Shown: piece by piece, positions 63,085-64,000 of the stretch | Numbering within the stretch: the stretch's first letter is position 1 | Layout: every line of letters begins with the position of its first letter | Assembly (NCBI GenBank): GCA_963667175.2 | Contig: CAXXXF010000004.1 | Span: 1-64,000 of the forward strand | Reading direction: 5' to 3' | DNA length: 64,000 nt | DNA from: Candidatus Latescibacterota bacterium | GTDB taxonomy: Bacteria; Latescibacterota; UBA2968; GCA-2709665 | Position numbers and translations under genes: made by a program | The notes under the pieces: model-generated | What the model was told of the DNA's origin: nothing | The model's input: the letters and a program-made list of their open reading frames with translations, nothing else | Database searches by the model: none

Positions 63085-64000
63085 TGGACCGCGAAATGAT
63101 CGTGATCTTAGTGGTGTCGGCCCTGGTGTTTCTGCTGATTCTGATGCCTGGACGTCTTTGCGCGGGACCCGTGTTTCATCCTGGCGTCGACCAGGGTCAT
63201 GTTGCGGGTCTCGAGAAGAGCCTGGCGCCCCTTATGGCGCTGACCGAAGACGAGCTTAAGCGATTGATTCCGGACCGGTCCGGCTTCAGGTTTGTGGACT
63301 GTCCGAATTGCGAGGGGGGCGCCGAGGAGAATCAACTGTCGTGGTCGATCGAGGAGCCCGACCGGGTCTTCTGCCTGTTCTGCAAGATGCGGTTTCCGAA
63401 CCCGACGTTTCCCGAAAACGGGGTGATGCGGGTAACCAATCCGCGGGGCGAGGTCCAGGAGTATCCGTACTGGGAGGCGCCGTTTCCCCCGCCGGCTGAG
63501 CTGCCCGGATCGCTCTCGCATTTTGCGCCCGACAGGAAGTACCGGCACTATTTCCGGGCCAAGGGATGGTACGTGGCCCGGATGTATTTTTCGGATGCGG
63601 CCCTTCGTCTCGGAAAGCTGTATTTTCTCACCGGCAAACTGGAATTCGCCCGCAGAGCGGCGTTGATCCTGGATCGCTTCGCCCATGTCTATCCCGGATA
63701 CTGCGCACGGTTCGACGCGCCGTTCCGGCCCAAGGTGGTTTTTGAGGGAGACCGGACGTTCCCCTTTCCGGTGTCACCGTATCTGGCGGCGAAGTGGGAC
63801 TACTGGGCGTATGGGGATATTCCGTCGAACCTGGTCCTCGCCTACGATCTGATTCGCGAGAGCGGCCAGGTTGCCGACGGAATGAAGCGGAGAATCGAAG
63901 ACGATCTGATTCGGGGAAGCGTTTCGTTTGTGCGTTCCTATCCGATTACGCTCAGCAATATGGATCCGGCGATCCTGCACGGCCTGATTTCGGCGGGACG
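63084..64000 (+). CDS. Secreted heparinase II/III-like protein, 3'-truncated by the window edge (absent from the ORF track)
   Basis: Open from ATG 63084 to the end: hydrophobic signal, CPNC and CLFC pairs, LGKLYFLTG...ARRAALILDRFAHVYP, AYDLI, SNM. Confidence 0.75.
   Translation, partial: MDREMIVILVVSALVFLLILMPGRLCAGPVFHPGVDQGHVAGLEKSLAPLMALTEDELKRLIPDRSGFRFVDCPNCEGGAEENQLSWSIEEPDRVFCLFCKMRFPNPTFPENGVMRVTNPRGEVQEYPYWEAPFPPPAELPGSLSHFAPDRKYRHYFRAKGWYVARMYFSDAALRLGKLYFLTGKLEFARRAALILDRFAHVYPGYCARFDAPFRPKVVFEGDRTFPFPVSPYLAAKWDYWAYGDIPSNLVLAYDLIRESGQVADGMKRRIEDDLIRGSVSFVRSYPITLSNMDPAILHGLISAG

Overview
High-GC bacterial chromosomal segment with no rRNA, tRNA or CRISPR array seen. The PhyH dioxygenases, sulfatase, heparinase-like proteins and a secreted protein with an EF-hand/dockerin-like tail resemble sponge-associated Latescibacterota/Gemmatimonadota-type genomes (inference only). 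Layout: frameshifted purA, moaA, a nitrite/sulfite reductase-ferredoxin-gltB block, secreted/outer-membrane proteins and sugar-acid catabolism (1-22.6 kb). A ~15 kb, entirely minus-strand defence/TA island (23.9-39.1 kb) follows: AAA-DUF4143, DUF1828/1829, SIR2-like, Vsr, C5-MTase, GHKL-nuclease, MmeI-like RM, AAA+DUF4276, DUF2442, VapBC. It has no visible integrase, is bracketed by paired REP elements and separates a dimethylglycine-dehydrogenase-like gene from a BHMT-like gene. The rest holds PhyH/sulfatase/ThDP enzymes, tandem lipoproteins, a methyltransferase-hisI-hisG operon and a catabolic cluster. Most notable non-coding signals: (1) a symmetric 94-bp six-box palindromic element (two full copies and one precise 40-bp deletion derivative) flanking the AAA/DUF4276 module, resembling an unrecognised site-specific recombination or protein-binding site; (2) an unannotated His-rich leader peptide plus terminator (probable attenuator) upstream of the his genes; (3) several families of small, partly nested MITE/REP-like elements.
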